A stretch of 64,000 bases of DNA, the filler included, from an uncultured bacterium (GTDB taxonomy: Bacteria > CAYJOG01): assembly GCA_964371695.1 (NCBI GenBank). It is 12 parts of 12 records of this genome, joined end to end, with 100 filler letters (N's around TTAATTAATTAA, not from the genome) between each part and the next. Parts side by side here need not be neighbours in the genome. Positions count along the whole stretch, not along the records: positions 5,421 to 10,729 come from CAYJOG010000225.1; positions 10,830 to 16,114 come from CAYJOG010000226.1; positions 16,215 to 21,492 come from CAYJOG010000227.1; 9 more parts are not named here. One strand, written 5' to 3'. The notes beneath the pieces were generated by a model. It did no database searches and was not told where the DNA came from. It was given only the letters and a program-made list of their open reading frames with translations. Within the stretch, counting starts at the first letter, position 1, and each line of letters opens with the position of its first letter. This document shows, one piece after another, positions 8,801 through 18,141 of this stretch. Both the position numbers and the translations under genes were made by a program.

Positions 8801-10729
8801 AACCCGCCGCGGCGTTTCAGGCCAGCACTGTTTTTACGGTGGCCTGGTCTGCCACCGAGACCGCAAATGGCTCTGGTGTGGAAAGCATCACGGTGCAATA
8901 CCGCGATGGCGAAAACGGTGCGTGGCTGGACTGGCTGCCCACCACCCCCACCGGCGCAAGTCGTCAGTTCACCGGCGAAAACGGCCACACCTATTTTTTC
9001 CGCGTCAGCGCCCGTGACAAGGCGGGCAACGTCAGCGCCCTGCCTGCCAACCCCGATTATCTGCTCAAGACCGAGGTGGACACCAACCGGCTGGGATCCC
9101 CCGCGCTGCTGAGTGATGGTTCCGGCAGTCAGGACGTGGATTTTTCTGCTGATGCCGCCAGTTATTCGGGCTCCTGGAGCGCGGTTGCCGGGGCCGTGAG
9201 TTATCAATATGCCCTGGGAACCACGCCCGGCGGCGTTGAGGTGCAGGACTGGACGGGCACCTCGCAAACCACCGTGAGTCTCGCCGGCCTGCAACTGGCC
9301 CAGGGGGCCACGGTTTATCTGAGTGTGCGGGGCGTGAACAAGGCCGGTGTGCTGGGCAATGTCGGCAGCACCGACGGCCTGCTGATTGACACCACCCCCC
9401 CTGCGGCCCCCGTGGTGACCGACGAGGGCGTCAGTGTCCGGGGGTCGAACCGGCTGGTTTTTCGCATCATTGCCAGCGACGCCCAGTCTGGCCTGGCCTC
9501 TGTGCATTACGCCCTGGGCCTGACGCCAGGGGGAACGGACGTGCGGGGCTGGCGCGAGACGCCGCTGAGTGATTCGCTGGAACTGAACGACCTGGAGCTT
9601 GTGCCCGGCAAGACCTATTACCTGAGTGTGCGGGCGGTCAACCGGGCGGGGCTGGGCTCCCCGGAGGGCGTCACCGACGGTGTGCTGCGGGTGTTGGGCG
9701 CGTTGGTGACCTGGACCACGATTCCCGAAAAACTGGTGGCCCAGACCCAGGAACTCAACGACGTGCAGGTGCCGGTGGAGTTTGTCTATCTCGAAAAAGG
9801 CGGCGCACAGGCCCGGTTTGACCGCATGAATCTGCGGTGGGTGTATCCGGGTGGCTTGACCAAGGAACTGCCGGAGCAAACCGCCGAACTCCAGGTTCCC
9901 GCCCAGTCCGAGTGGCGGCAGAAAACCACCCTGGTGATTCCCTGGGAGGTGGCCTCGTTTGCGTTGTCGGGCCGGGGCGAGGCAGACCTGGTGATGGAGC
10001 GGACCTGGCGCGGCCTGGACGGCAACGGCAACGACACCACGTTTGTGCAGGCCATCCCCATCCGCCTCACCAAAACCGGTGTTTCCACGCCGCTGGAGGT
10101 GGGTGAAATCGGTGTGGACGTGGAGGGGATGAGTGACGTGGTGGTGACCGGCGCACAGGCGCGGGCGGTGGTGAATCTGGCCGGACGGGGAACCGTTTCT
10201 GGTCAGTGGCTGCTCAACGGCGAAGTGGTGCAGGAAATATCCGGCGCTCTTTCCAGCGGCGATTCGGTGGAGCTGCCTTTTGTGCTGAGCGACCTGAAAG
10301 ACGGCGAAAACACCCTGCAACTGCGCATCACCCAGCCCGAATACAAAGAAAGCCCCGTGGTGCGTTTCATGGGTAAGGCCCTGGCCCAGGTGGGGGGCGA
10401 AAACCTCACCGATTTCTGGGCGGGGCCTTTTAACGTGACGGGGGTAGCGGCGAAACCCGCCGCCGACACGGGCGCATATAAAGGCGAAGGGCTGTTGATG
10501 TTGCCCATGGCCGAAGAGCCGGTGGCCATCGTTTTTGAAAATCTGCGGCTTGTCCGGCAGCAGGAAAAGGTGTCAGTGAAAAAAGACGCCCTGGTGGGCA
10601 TGACGGATTTTTCTCTCACCAAGGGGTCTGCCCGGCTCAAGCTCTCCAAGGTGCTGGTGGGGCCTTCGGGCGTGCTGGCCGACGGTGAGGTTTATCTGAA
10701 GGAAACCAAAGACACCCCCGGCATTGGCC
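5869..10729 (+). CDS. Giant secreted/surface protein: Kelch-like beta-propeller followed by tandem Ig/Fn3-like repeats (3' truncated)
   Basis: Signal peptide ending ARA-DS; repeated FWRYSISANTW blades; three 324-bp tandem repeats; YALGxTxGG repeats; frame open to the contig end. Confidence 0.85.
6817..7791 (+). repeat. Three in-frame tandem repeats, 324-bp period (108 aa, two Cys each)
   Basis: Units start at 6817, 7141 and 7465 (DxTxPTGGxLTY...KCYKFQY...PGTELKVQ); a diverged fourth copy lies near 8450..8780. Confidence 0.9.
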
Positions 10730-10894
10730 NNNNNNNNNNNNNNNNNNNNNNNNNNNNNNNNNNNNNNNNNNNNTTAATTAATTAANNNNNNNNNNNNNNN
10801 NNNNNNNNNNNNNNNNNNNNNNNNNNNNNCGGCACAAGTAAAAGATTAAATAATTTGGTGTGTTTTTTTTATTTCTAGTGGTTAGCCGCTTGCG

Positions 10895-12130
10895 GTGTAT
10901 GCACGACGGGTTGGCCAAGGCTTGAGTCAGGAGTACTCAGCAATTGCTTCATCAATTCCGAAAGTGTTCTACCCTTCGCCCGTGCAGGGCCAGCAGCGCG
11001 TGGTGGATTATCTGGTGCACACCGGCGAGCTGGGCGGGGCAGAGCGCAGCCTGCTGGCGCTTTTGGCCGCGTTGCCGCCGGTGGGTGTCGCGCCCCGTCT
11101 GGCGTGTCCCGCTGGCGAACTGGTAGAGGCAGCGGCGGCACTGGGCTTGGCGCATCTGCCCGTGCCTTTTGCCCCGGTGCGCCTGAGCGGCGGGCCGGCC
11201 CAGTGGCCCGCCAGCCTGTGGCGGCTGTGGGGCAACCGCCGCCTGTGGGCCGGTGTGGAAAAATCGCCGCTGGTGCATGCCAACAGCCACCGGGCGGCGC
11301 TCTATGCCCTGGGCCAAAGGGGGCCGCTGGTGATGCACCTGCGCGAGGCTCTGGGCCACGGCCCGGCGGGGCGGTTGATACGCAGGGTGTTGCGCCGTCA
11401 CGCCCCCGCCGTGGTGGCCAACAGCCGGTTTTCGCTGGACAACCTCACACTGGGCAAACCCTGGCCCGCCCCCACGCTGGTGTTGCCCAATCCGCTGGAC
11501 GCCGCCGCTTTTGCCCTGGCCGCCCAGGCCCCGCTGCCGGTGGACCTGAACCTGCCCCCCGACGCCATTGTGCTGCTGCTGGTGGGCAATCTGGCTCCCA
11601 ACAAGGGGCAGGACCGGCTGATACAGGCCCTGGCCAAAGGGGGTGAGGCGCTGAAGGCGGTACACGTGGTGCTGGCGGGCGGCGTGATGCACAACCCGGC
11701 CCACGCCCGTTTTGCCGACACGCTGGCCCCCATGGCCAGGGCGCTGGGTGTGGCGGAGCGGGTGCATCTGGTGGGGCATCAGGCCAGCGTGGCGCCGTTT
11801 TTTGGCCTGGCCCATGGCGTGGTGATTCCCAGCGAAATGGAGACCTTTGGCCGCGTGGTGCTGGAGGCCGCCGCTGTAAAAAAACCCGTGCTGGCCCACG
11901 CCGTGGGGGGGCTGACCGAGCTGGTGCACCACGCCCGCACGGGTTATGGCTACCGGGGCAGCCTCACAGCGGCGCTGAGCGATTTTGTCCGCGCCCGCCA
12001 CATGTGGCCGCAGTGGGCGGGGGCGGCACACCAACAGGTGCTGCCCCCCAGCGACCCCCAGCGGGTGGCCCAGACGCTGGCGGATTTTTATGACAAGGTG
12101 CAACGAAAGCGGCAGTCCAGCCAGACATAA
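10895..12130 (+). CDS. Glycosyltransferase family 4 (GT-B)
   Basis: GGAERS, KGQD and ETFGRVVLEA motifs; real start is probably GTG at 10982. Confidence 0.9.
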   Translation: MYARRVGQGLSQEYSAIASSIPKVFYPSPVQGQQRVVDYLVHTGELGGAERSLLALLAALPPVGVAPRLACPAGELVEAAAALGLAHLPVPFAPVRLSGGPAQWPASLWRLWGNRRLWAGVEKSPLVHANSHRAALYALGQRGPLVMHLREALGHGPAGRLIRRVLRRHAPAVVANSRFSLDNLTLGKPWPAPTLVLPNPLDAAAFALAAQAPLPVDLNLPPDAIVLLLVGNLAPNKGQDRLIQALAKGGEALKAVHVVLAGGVMHNPAHARFADTLAPMARALGVAERVHLVGHQASVAPFFGLAHGVVIPSEMETFGRVVLEAAAVKKPVLAHAVGGLTELVHHARTGYGYRGSLTAALSDFVRARHMWPQWAGAAHQQVLPPSDPQRVAQTLADFYDKVQRKRQSSQT

Positions 12131-12159
12131 ACCCAAAACCATTTTCCGGTGGCGCCGCA

Positions 12160-12400
12160 GTAGCCACGGGCGTCTCGCCTGTGGCATAAAACCAAAAGCC
12201 CAAAACCCTATTTTGTTTTTTGTCTTTGAATAACCCCTCACCCCAACCCTCTCCCCGGTTGGGGAGAGGGGGTAAGCCGCCTGTTTGACGTGCAGATTTC
12301 TGAGTACATGTCTTCGCAAGCCGTTGAAGTTCGGGTTATCCGCCGGGATGATTTCTTTCCCCCCCTCTCCCCTTTAATGGGGAGAGGGTTGGGGTGAGGG
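12160..12400. repeat. Intergenic repeat cluster: GTAG-type REP arm plus inverted pair of CCCTCACCCCAACCCTCTCCC..GGGAGAGGG hairpins
   Basis: GTAGCCACGGGCGTCTCGCCTGTGG (also at 48111); hairpin units near 12234 and 12361 in opposite orientations. Confidence 0.8.
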
Positions 12401-12575
12401 GTTTATTCAAGAGCAAAAAACCACTGCTTTTTGCCTGTATTTTGACCCGGCACGACAGTGCCGGGTCAGTCAAAAACAAAAAAACCTTGTTTGGTTTTTC
12501 TATTCACCTCTGCCCCGTTTTCCCGGCGGCCCAAAAAATCGGGACACCCCCGGCTGGTGGAATTATCCTCTCGCC

Positions 12576-13619
12576 ATGGCCAAACCCCTTCCTCCCCCTC
12601 TTTCACTCAAGGCCCCGGTGCGGGTGGACCTCGCCGGGGGCACGCTGGACATCCACCCCCTTTACCTGTTCCTCCCCGGCGGCGGTGTCACGGTGAACAT
12701 GGCCATTCCACACTACGCCCAGGTCACCCTTGCTCCCCGGCGCGACAAGCTGATCGAGCTGCTGCTGCCCGACCTGAAGGAAACCCCCGCCATTACGTTT
12801 GAGAACCTCGCCGCCATGGATTTTGCCGGGCCAAGCGGCCTGGTGCAGCGGGCCATTGCCTATTTCGCGCCGCGCTTTGGCCTGGACGTGAAGGCCGAAA
12901 TCACCCTGCCCGTGGGCACCGGCCTGGGGGCCAGCAGCACGCTGTTGATGGCGTTGATGCACGGCCTGAACCACCTCACCGGCGCGGGCATTGCCCCAGA
13001 GGCGGTCATCCACGCCGGGGCTGATCTGGAAGCCCAGCACATTCTGATTCCCACCGGCAAGCAGGATTATTTCCCCGCCACGTTTGGCGGGGCCATGGCG
13101 CTGCATTTCAGCGAACACGGCGTGCGGCGCGAGGCCCTGCCCCTTGCCCCGACCTTTGTCAAAACCCTGGGGGCGGCGGGGGTGCTGGTACACACGGGCA
13201 CCAGTCGTTTCAGCGGCGCGAACAACTGGAACATGCTCAAGCGGGTGGTGGAACAAAAAGACCACGCCCCCGAAAAATTGCAGGCCATCGCCAGTGCGGC
13301 GGCGGCGGCGCGTCTGGCGCTTTTGGCGGGAGACCTGCGGGCACTGGCCCGTGCGGTGGAAGACGAATGGGAAGTGCGCCGCACGCTGGCCAAGGGGGTG
13401 AGCAACGACCGCATCGAGTTTCTGCACATCACGGCCCGCAAGGCGGGGGCCTTGGGGGGCAAGATTCTGGGGGCGGGCGGCGGGGGTTGTTATTTCTGCC
13501 TGGCCCCGCCCGAAAAAGCAGACCGCGTGCGGGCGGCGCTGGTGGCCGAGGGCGCGCTGACGCTGGCGTTTGGCCTGGAGCCAAAAGGCGCGCTGAAGAG
13601 CATTGGACAGGGGCGTTAG
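12576..13619 (+). CDS. GHMP-family sugar kinase (HddA-like heptose-7-phosphate kinase)
   Basis: APVRVDLAGGTLD, PVGTGLGASS, TGKQD and GAGGGG motifs. Confidence 0.85.
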   Translation: MAKPLPPPLSLKAPVRVDLAGGTLDIHPLYLFLPGGGVTVNMAIPHYAQVTLAPRRDKLIELLLPDLKETPAITFENLAAMDFAGPSGLVQRAIAYFAPRFGLDVKAEITLPVGTGLGASSTLLMALMHGLNHLTGAGIAPEAVIHAGADLEAQHILIPTGKQDYFPATFGGAMALHFSEHGVRREALPLAPTFVKTLGAAGVLVHTGTSRFSGANNWNMLKRVVEQKDHAPEKLQAIASAAAAARLALLAGDLRALARAVEDEWEVRRTLAKGVSNDRIEFLHITARKAGALGGKILGAGGGGCYFCLAPPEKADRVRAALVAEGALTLAFGLEPKGALKSIGQGR

Positions 13620-13629
13620 TTCATTTTGA

Positions 13630-13685
13630 GTAGCAGCGATGTCCCCATCGCTGCTGTAACAGTGCGGTGGGGACACCGCACCTAC
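13630..13685. repeat. GTAG-type REP doublet
   Basis: GTAG-hairpin followed by inverted hairpin-CTAC; similar doublets at 15002..15058 and 22176..22315. Confidence 0.8.
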
Positions 13686-13710
13686 TCCTCTTTTTTAAAC
13701 AAATGAACCA

Positions 13711-13899
13711 CTACTTCGGCCACGCGCCGAACACACCGGGCAGCACGGTGCGCAGCACCCAGTCCACACCCACCACATAAAAGCCGCACCACAGGCCCAT
13801 CAGCACACCCACCACCGCCGCCATGGGCCAGCGCACCACCGCCGGTTTGGGAGGCTTGGGCGCGGTGGGTTCCGGGGCGGTGGCGGCGGGGTTGTTCAC
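13711..13899 (-). CDS. Small hypothetical membrane protein (62 aa)
   Basis: GTG overlaps the upstream TGA (GTGA), GGAGG RBS, one hydrophobic segment. Confidence 0.55.
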   Translation of the reverse strand: MNNPAATAPEPTAPKPPKPAVVRWPMAAVVGVLMGLWCGFYVVGVDWVLRTVLPGVFGAWPK

Positions 13900-14879
13900 G
13901 GTGTTTCCTCCAGCGAGAACATCATGGGGGCGAACAGAATATTGATGGCGGCCTGCTGGGTGATCTGTTTGGTCCATTCGCCGATGGACTGAAGCGCCTT
14001 CTGGCCCCGCACGGCTTCTTTGGCCATGGCGATGAGCCTGGGCATGTCGTCGCGGGCCAGCTTGCGGTCAGAGAGTTGCACCGCCAGCCACTTGCCGTCC
14101 TGGGCTTTGATGGGGTCGCTCACTTCACCCTCTTTCAGTTTTTCGAGATACATGGAATAAACCGGCCCCATTTCGCTGGGGGTTTGCCAACCTTCGTCGC
14201 CGCCCTTGGCGCGGGTCTGTTCGTCCTGGCTTTCTTTTTTGGCGATTTCGGCGAAGGACGCACCCTGCCTGACCCGTTTTTTCACCGACGCCGCAGCGCT
14301 CTTGCTGGGCAGCAAAATGCGGCGGATGCGAATGGCCACCGTCTCTTTGCCGAAGTCCTGCACGAACCGGTCGATTTCGTCGGCGGTGGGGGCCGCCACC
14401 TGGGCGGCTTCATCGCGGCGTTTTTCAAACACCTTTTTCACCAGCAACTGGCGCACGGTGTCGTCGCGCACCTTGGCGTTGTTGAGGGGATCCAGCAGCA
14501 GCTTGTGCAGGGTTTCGGCGGCTTTCTGGCCCAGTTGTTTTTCCACCATGTCCACGCGGTCCTTCAGCATGGCGTCCACCTCGCTGGATGAAACATCCCC
14601 CGGGTGCAGGCCCATGCGGGCGGCCTCCTGCAGATAAAGTTTTTCGATCACGGCGCTTTTCAGCGCCCGTTTGAGCAGGTCGCTTTTGCCCGACTGCTGC
14701 AACACGCGGAACACGTCTGCGAGGGTGACGTTTTCGCCGTTTACCGACGCCAGATTCACATTCTGACCCACGTCTGAGCCAAGGGTGATGGCCGCCCGGG
14801 CGGGCGACTGCGCCACACAAAGGCCCCACAGCACCACACAGATTCCCCAAAATCCTTTTTTGAACACGCGTTTGAACAT
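13896..14879 (-). CDS. SurA/PrsA-like periplasmic peptidyl-prolyl isomerase (PpiC/rotamase)
   Basis: Signal peptide, LASVNGENVT, FAEIAKKESQD, KGGDEGW, GEVSDPIK. Confidence 0.85.
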   Translation of the reverse strand: MFKRVFKKGFWGICVVLWGLCVAQSPARAAITLGSDVGQNVNLASVNGENVTLADVFRVLQQSGKSDLLKRALKSAVIEKLYLQEAARMGLHPGDVSSSEVDAMLKDRVDMVEKQLGQKAAETLHKLLLDPLNNAKVRDDTVRQLLVKKVFEKRRDEAAQVAAPTADEIDRFVQDFGKETVAIRIRRILLPSKSAAASVKKRVRQGASFAEIAKKESQDEQTRAKGGDEGWQTPSEMGPVYSMYLEKLKEGEVSDPIKAQDGKWLAVQLSDRKLARDDMPRLIAMAKEAVRGQKALQSIGEWTKQITQQAAINILFAPMMFSLEETP

Positions 14880-14961
14880 GAAGGGCAGCCTAGTGAAAAA
14901 GCGCCGTCGCCGCTACCCAAAGCAACAGACCAGAGCGGTTTGATACCTTGGGTCGGCCCAC

Positions 14962-14990
14962 AAAAAAGCCGGGCGCGTGGCCCGGCTTTT
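14962..14990 (-). terminator. Intrinsic terminator downstream of the SDR gene
   Basis: GCCGGGC/GCCCGGC stem followed by U6 on the minus strand (T4 on plus). Confidence 0.6.
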
Positions 14991-15001
14991 GAGGTGTGTG
15001 C

Positions 15002-15058
15002 GTAGCGGCGACGCCCCCGTCGCCGTTTTTATAAGCGCGGTGCGGACACCGCGCCTAC
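15002..15058. repeat. GTAG-type REP doublet
   Basis: GTAGCGGCGACGCCCCCGTCGCCG ... GCGCGGTGCGGACACCGCGCCTAC. Confidence 0.8.
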
Positions 15059-15080
15059 TCCACAAAAACAATGCAAACTC

Positions 15081-15926
15081 TTATTTCGCCATGATGTCGT
15101 TGATTTTTTCGCCGATTTCCTCGGCGGTCCAGTCGCCGTCTTTTTTGCTGACGCCCTTGGTGGTCTCTGAGAGCCACAGCGCCAGGGCGTTGCCCCGCAC
15201 GTCAAACACCTTGCCGGAGATTTTGCTGGACAGGTCGCTGGCGAGATACACCACCATCACGGCAATCTGCTCAGGCTTCAGTTTGTCGCCCATGCCCTGC
15301 ATGAAGGCGAGGTCTTCGGTCATGCGGGTCATGGCCACGGGCGCGATGGCGTTGCAGCGGATGCCGCCCTTCTGGCCTTCCATGGCCACCACGCGGGTGA
15401 AGCCGGCAATGCCCGCCTTGGCGGCGGCGTAGTTGGCCTGACCAAAATTGCCCTGCAGGCCGCTCAAGCTGGAGGTGTTGATGATGCTGCCGCCGTGGCC
15501 CGCCTCGAGCATGTACAAAAACGCCGCCTGGGTCACCAGATAGGTGCCTTTCATGTGCACCTTCACCACGATGTCCCATTCTTCTTCGGTGAGTTTCTTG
15601 AGGGTTTTGTCCCGCAGAATGCCCGCGTTGTTCACCACGATGTCCAGCCGCCCGAACGTGTCCACGGCCTGTTTCACCATGGCGTCGGCGTCGGCCTTGT
15701 CGGCCACGTTGCCAAAGTTGGCCACGGCTTCGCCGCCGGCTTCCTTGATGAGGTTCACGGTTTCGTCGGCGGGAGAGTGGCCCGCGCCTGAGCCGCCGTG
15801 GCGGTCGCTGCCCAGGTCGTTCACCACCACCTTGGCTCCTTCTTTGGCCAGCGCCAGCGCCTCGGCGCGGCCAATGCCGCCGCCCGCCCCCGTCACAATT
15901 GCTACCTTGCCGTCAAGTAATCCCAT
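15081..15926 (-). CDS. Short-chain dehydrogenase/reductase (3-hydroxyacyl-CoA dehydrogenase/FabG-like)
   Basis: TGAGGGIG, NNAGILRD and YAAAK motifs. Confidence 0.92.
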   Translation of the reverse strand: MGLLDGKVAIVTGAGGGIGRAEALALAKEGAKVVVNDLGSDRHGGSGAGHSPADETVNLIKEAGGEAVANFGNVADKADADAMVKQAVDTFGRLDIVVNNAGILRDKTLKKLTEEEWDIVVKVHMKGTYLVTQAAFLYMLEAGHGGSIINTSSLSGLQGNFGQANYAAAKAGIAGFTRVVAMEGQKGGIRCNAIAPVAMTRMTEDLAFMQGMGDKLKPEQIAVMVVYLASDLSSKISGKVFDVRGNALALWLSETTKGVSKKDGDWTAEEIGEKINDIMAK

Positions 15927-15962
15927 GGTCGTGCCTCCTGATGTGTAAATGGTCCGTGATTA

Positions 15963-16114
15963 TAAGAGCCTGCTTATAAGTTGCACGATGGAAAACAGGG
16001 TGCAGCAAAAACAGGCTCTTGCGGGCAGGGATGCCCGCAACCGAAAACCGGAGCTTTGAAAAAAGCGCAGGTTTTCGCCACGCCGAAGGGGCTTTGCCCC
16101 TGAAGGCGTTGGGT
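15963..16114 (+). repeat. Family C repeat, truncated at contig end
   Basis: Diverged homologue of the reverse complement of ~90..242, with the same stems. Confidence 0.7.
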
Positions 16115-16214
16115 NNNNNNNNNNNNNNNNNNNNNNNNNNNNNNNNNNNNNNNNNNNNTTAATTAATTAANNNNNNNNNNNNNNNNNNNNNNNNNNNNNN
16201 NNNNNNNNNNNNNN

Positions 16215-16467
16215 CCACCATGCCGCCATAGGTGCTGCCCGTGGGCATGAACCACGCCACCAGGGCCGCCAGCACAAACCCCACACCCCCGGCAAAACCA
16301 ACCCAGTGTTTGTATTTGCTCCAGAACTTCATGTCCAGGGCCATCATCACCATGGACACCACCACCAGCACCGCCTGGGGGGCCAGCACCAGCCAGTTGA
16401 TGGGGGGCATGCCCGCTGGGGCAGCGCCAATGCCCGTCAGGGCCAACAGATCCGCAGGATGCATCAT
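16215..16467 (-). CDS. nuoN: NADH-quinone oxidoreductase subunit N, N-terminal fragment
   Basis: Hydrophobic ORF overlapping the nuoM stop; position after nuoM. Confidence 0.7.
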
Positions 16468-18137
16468 GGCGTGCCTCCCTCGTCGGCGGCTTCGGCACAG
16501 GGGTTTTCCTCGCTGGTCATTTCTCCCTCAGCCCCTTCGGCGGGGGCGGCTTCTTCCTGGGGTCCGGTGATCTGGACCGCTGGCTCTTTGGGGGCCTTGG
16601 CCCCCACCAGCTGGGGCGCGAGGCCCGGCGCCCCCTTGCCCACGTGGCTCATGGTGAGCGCGAGGCTTTTTTCCATGGGGCCGGTGAACACGGCGGGGAA
16701 AAACCCGATGAAGAAAATCAGGAACAGGATGGGGGCAAAGGTGAGCAACTCCCGTTTGCTGAGGTCGGGCAGATTTTCGTTTTCCTGATGCGTCACCGCG
16801 CCGTACATCACGCGCTGGAACATCCACAACATGTAGATGGCCCCCAGCACCACGCCGGTGGCCCCCACCACGCCCCACAGGGCGTTGCGGTGAAAGGCCC
16901 CCGCCAGCACCAGGAACTCGCCCATGAAACCGTTCAGCGGCGGCAGGCCGATGCTTGAGAGCGTGATGATGAGGAACACGGCGAAATAAACCGGCATGAT
17001 TTTGGTGATGCCGCCGTATTGCGCAATGAGGCGCGTGTGGCGGCGGTCATAGAGCACACCCACCGCAAGGAACAAACCGCCCGTGCTCACGCCGTGGTTG
17101 ATCATTTGCAGCATGGCCCCCTGCCAGCCCATGAGGTTCATGGAGAACAGGCCCAGCATCACCACGCCCATGTGGCTCACCGAGCTGTAGGCCACCAGCT
17201 TTTTCATGTCGGGCTGCACAAGCGCCACCAGTGCGCCATACACAATGCCGATCAGCGACAGACTCACCAGCAGGCCCATGTGTTTTTCCAGCGCCAGGGC
17301 AAACAGCGGCATGGCGAAACGGATGAAGCCATAGGTGCCCATCTTGAGCAGCACCGCCGCCAGAATGACCGAGCCGGCGGTGGGGGCTTCCACGTGGGCG
17401 TCGGGCAGCCACGTGTGCAGCGGAAACATGGGCACCTTGATGGCGAAGCTGAGCGCAAAGGCCCCGAACAGCCACGACTGCGCCACCGGGTCCAGCTTCA
17501 GTTTCATGAAGTCACCCAGGTAAAAACTCATGTAGCCCAGTTGGGCCTTGCACTGATAGGCCATCCACACAATGGCCACCAGCATCAGCAGGCTGCCCAC
17601 CATGGTGTAGAGGAAAAACTTGATGCTGGCGTAAAGACGGTTTTTGCCGCCGTAGATGCCGATGAGGAAATACATCGGAATCAGCATGGCCTCCCAGAAG
17701 ACGTAAAAGAGGATGAGGTCCTGCGCCAGAAACGCGCCGTTCATGCCGGTTTCCAGCATCAGCAGCAGCACCATGTATTCCTTCAGGCGCGTCTGGATGT
17801 TGTCCAGGCTCGCCACGATGGCGATCAGCGTCATGAGGGTGGAAAGGATCACCAACCACAGGCTGATGCCGTCCAGCCCCAGGCTGTAATAAATGCCCAG
17901 CGAGGGCACCCACACCACATGGGTGACAAACTGCATGCCCGCCTCGGCGCTGTTGAAATGCCACAGCAGGCACAGCGACAGCACAAACACCACACTGGCG
18001 CTGACGATAGTGGTGAGCTTGATGAGGCCACGGTCTTTGGAGGGGACAATCGCGGCGATGACCGCGCCGAAGACCGCAGGCAGAAACAGCACCGCCTGCA
18101 GCACATATTCGATGGGGAAGATGAATTTTCCTAACAT
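16464..18137 (-). CDS. nuoM: NADH-quinone oxidoreductase subunit M
   Basis: FYVFWEAMLIPMY and HTWLPDAHVEAPTAGSVILA motifs. Confidence 0.96.
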   Translation of the reverse strand: MLGKFIFPIEYVLQAVLFLPAVFGAVIAAIVPSKDRGLIKLTTIVSASVVFVLSLCLLWHFNSAEAGMQFVTHVVWVPSLGIYYSLGLDGISLWLVILSTLMTLIAIVASLDNIQTRLKEYMVLLLMLETGMNGAFLAQDLILFYVFWEAMLIPMYFLIGIYGGKNRLYASIKFFLYTMVGSLLMLVAIVWMAYQCKAQLGYMSFYLGDFMKLKLDPVAQSWLFGAFALSFAIKVPMFPLHTWLPDAHVEAPTAGSVILAAVLLKMGTYGFIRFAMPLFALALEKHMGLLVSLSLIGIVYGALVALVQPDMKKLVAYSSVSHMGVVMLGLFSMNLMGWQGAMLQMINHGVSTGGLFLAVGVLYDRRHTRLIAQYGGITKIMPVYFAVFLIITLSSIGLPPLNGFMGEFLVLAGAFHRNALWGVVGATGVVLGAIYMLWMFQRVMYGAVTHQENENLPDLSKRELLTFAPILFLIFFIGFFPAVFTGPMEKSLALTMSHVGKGAPGLAPQLVGAKAPKEPAVQITGPQEEAAPAEGAEGEMTSEENPCAEAADEGGTP

Positions 18138-18141
18138 GGGA

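Noticed and set aside
6619..10320. 1233-aa antisense ORF and other long shadow ORFs (e.g. 34767..36899, 18863..20350, 3542..4855)
   Set aside because: They lie opposite well-supported genes, have no motifs, and are the expected by-product of high GC3.
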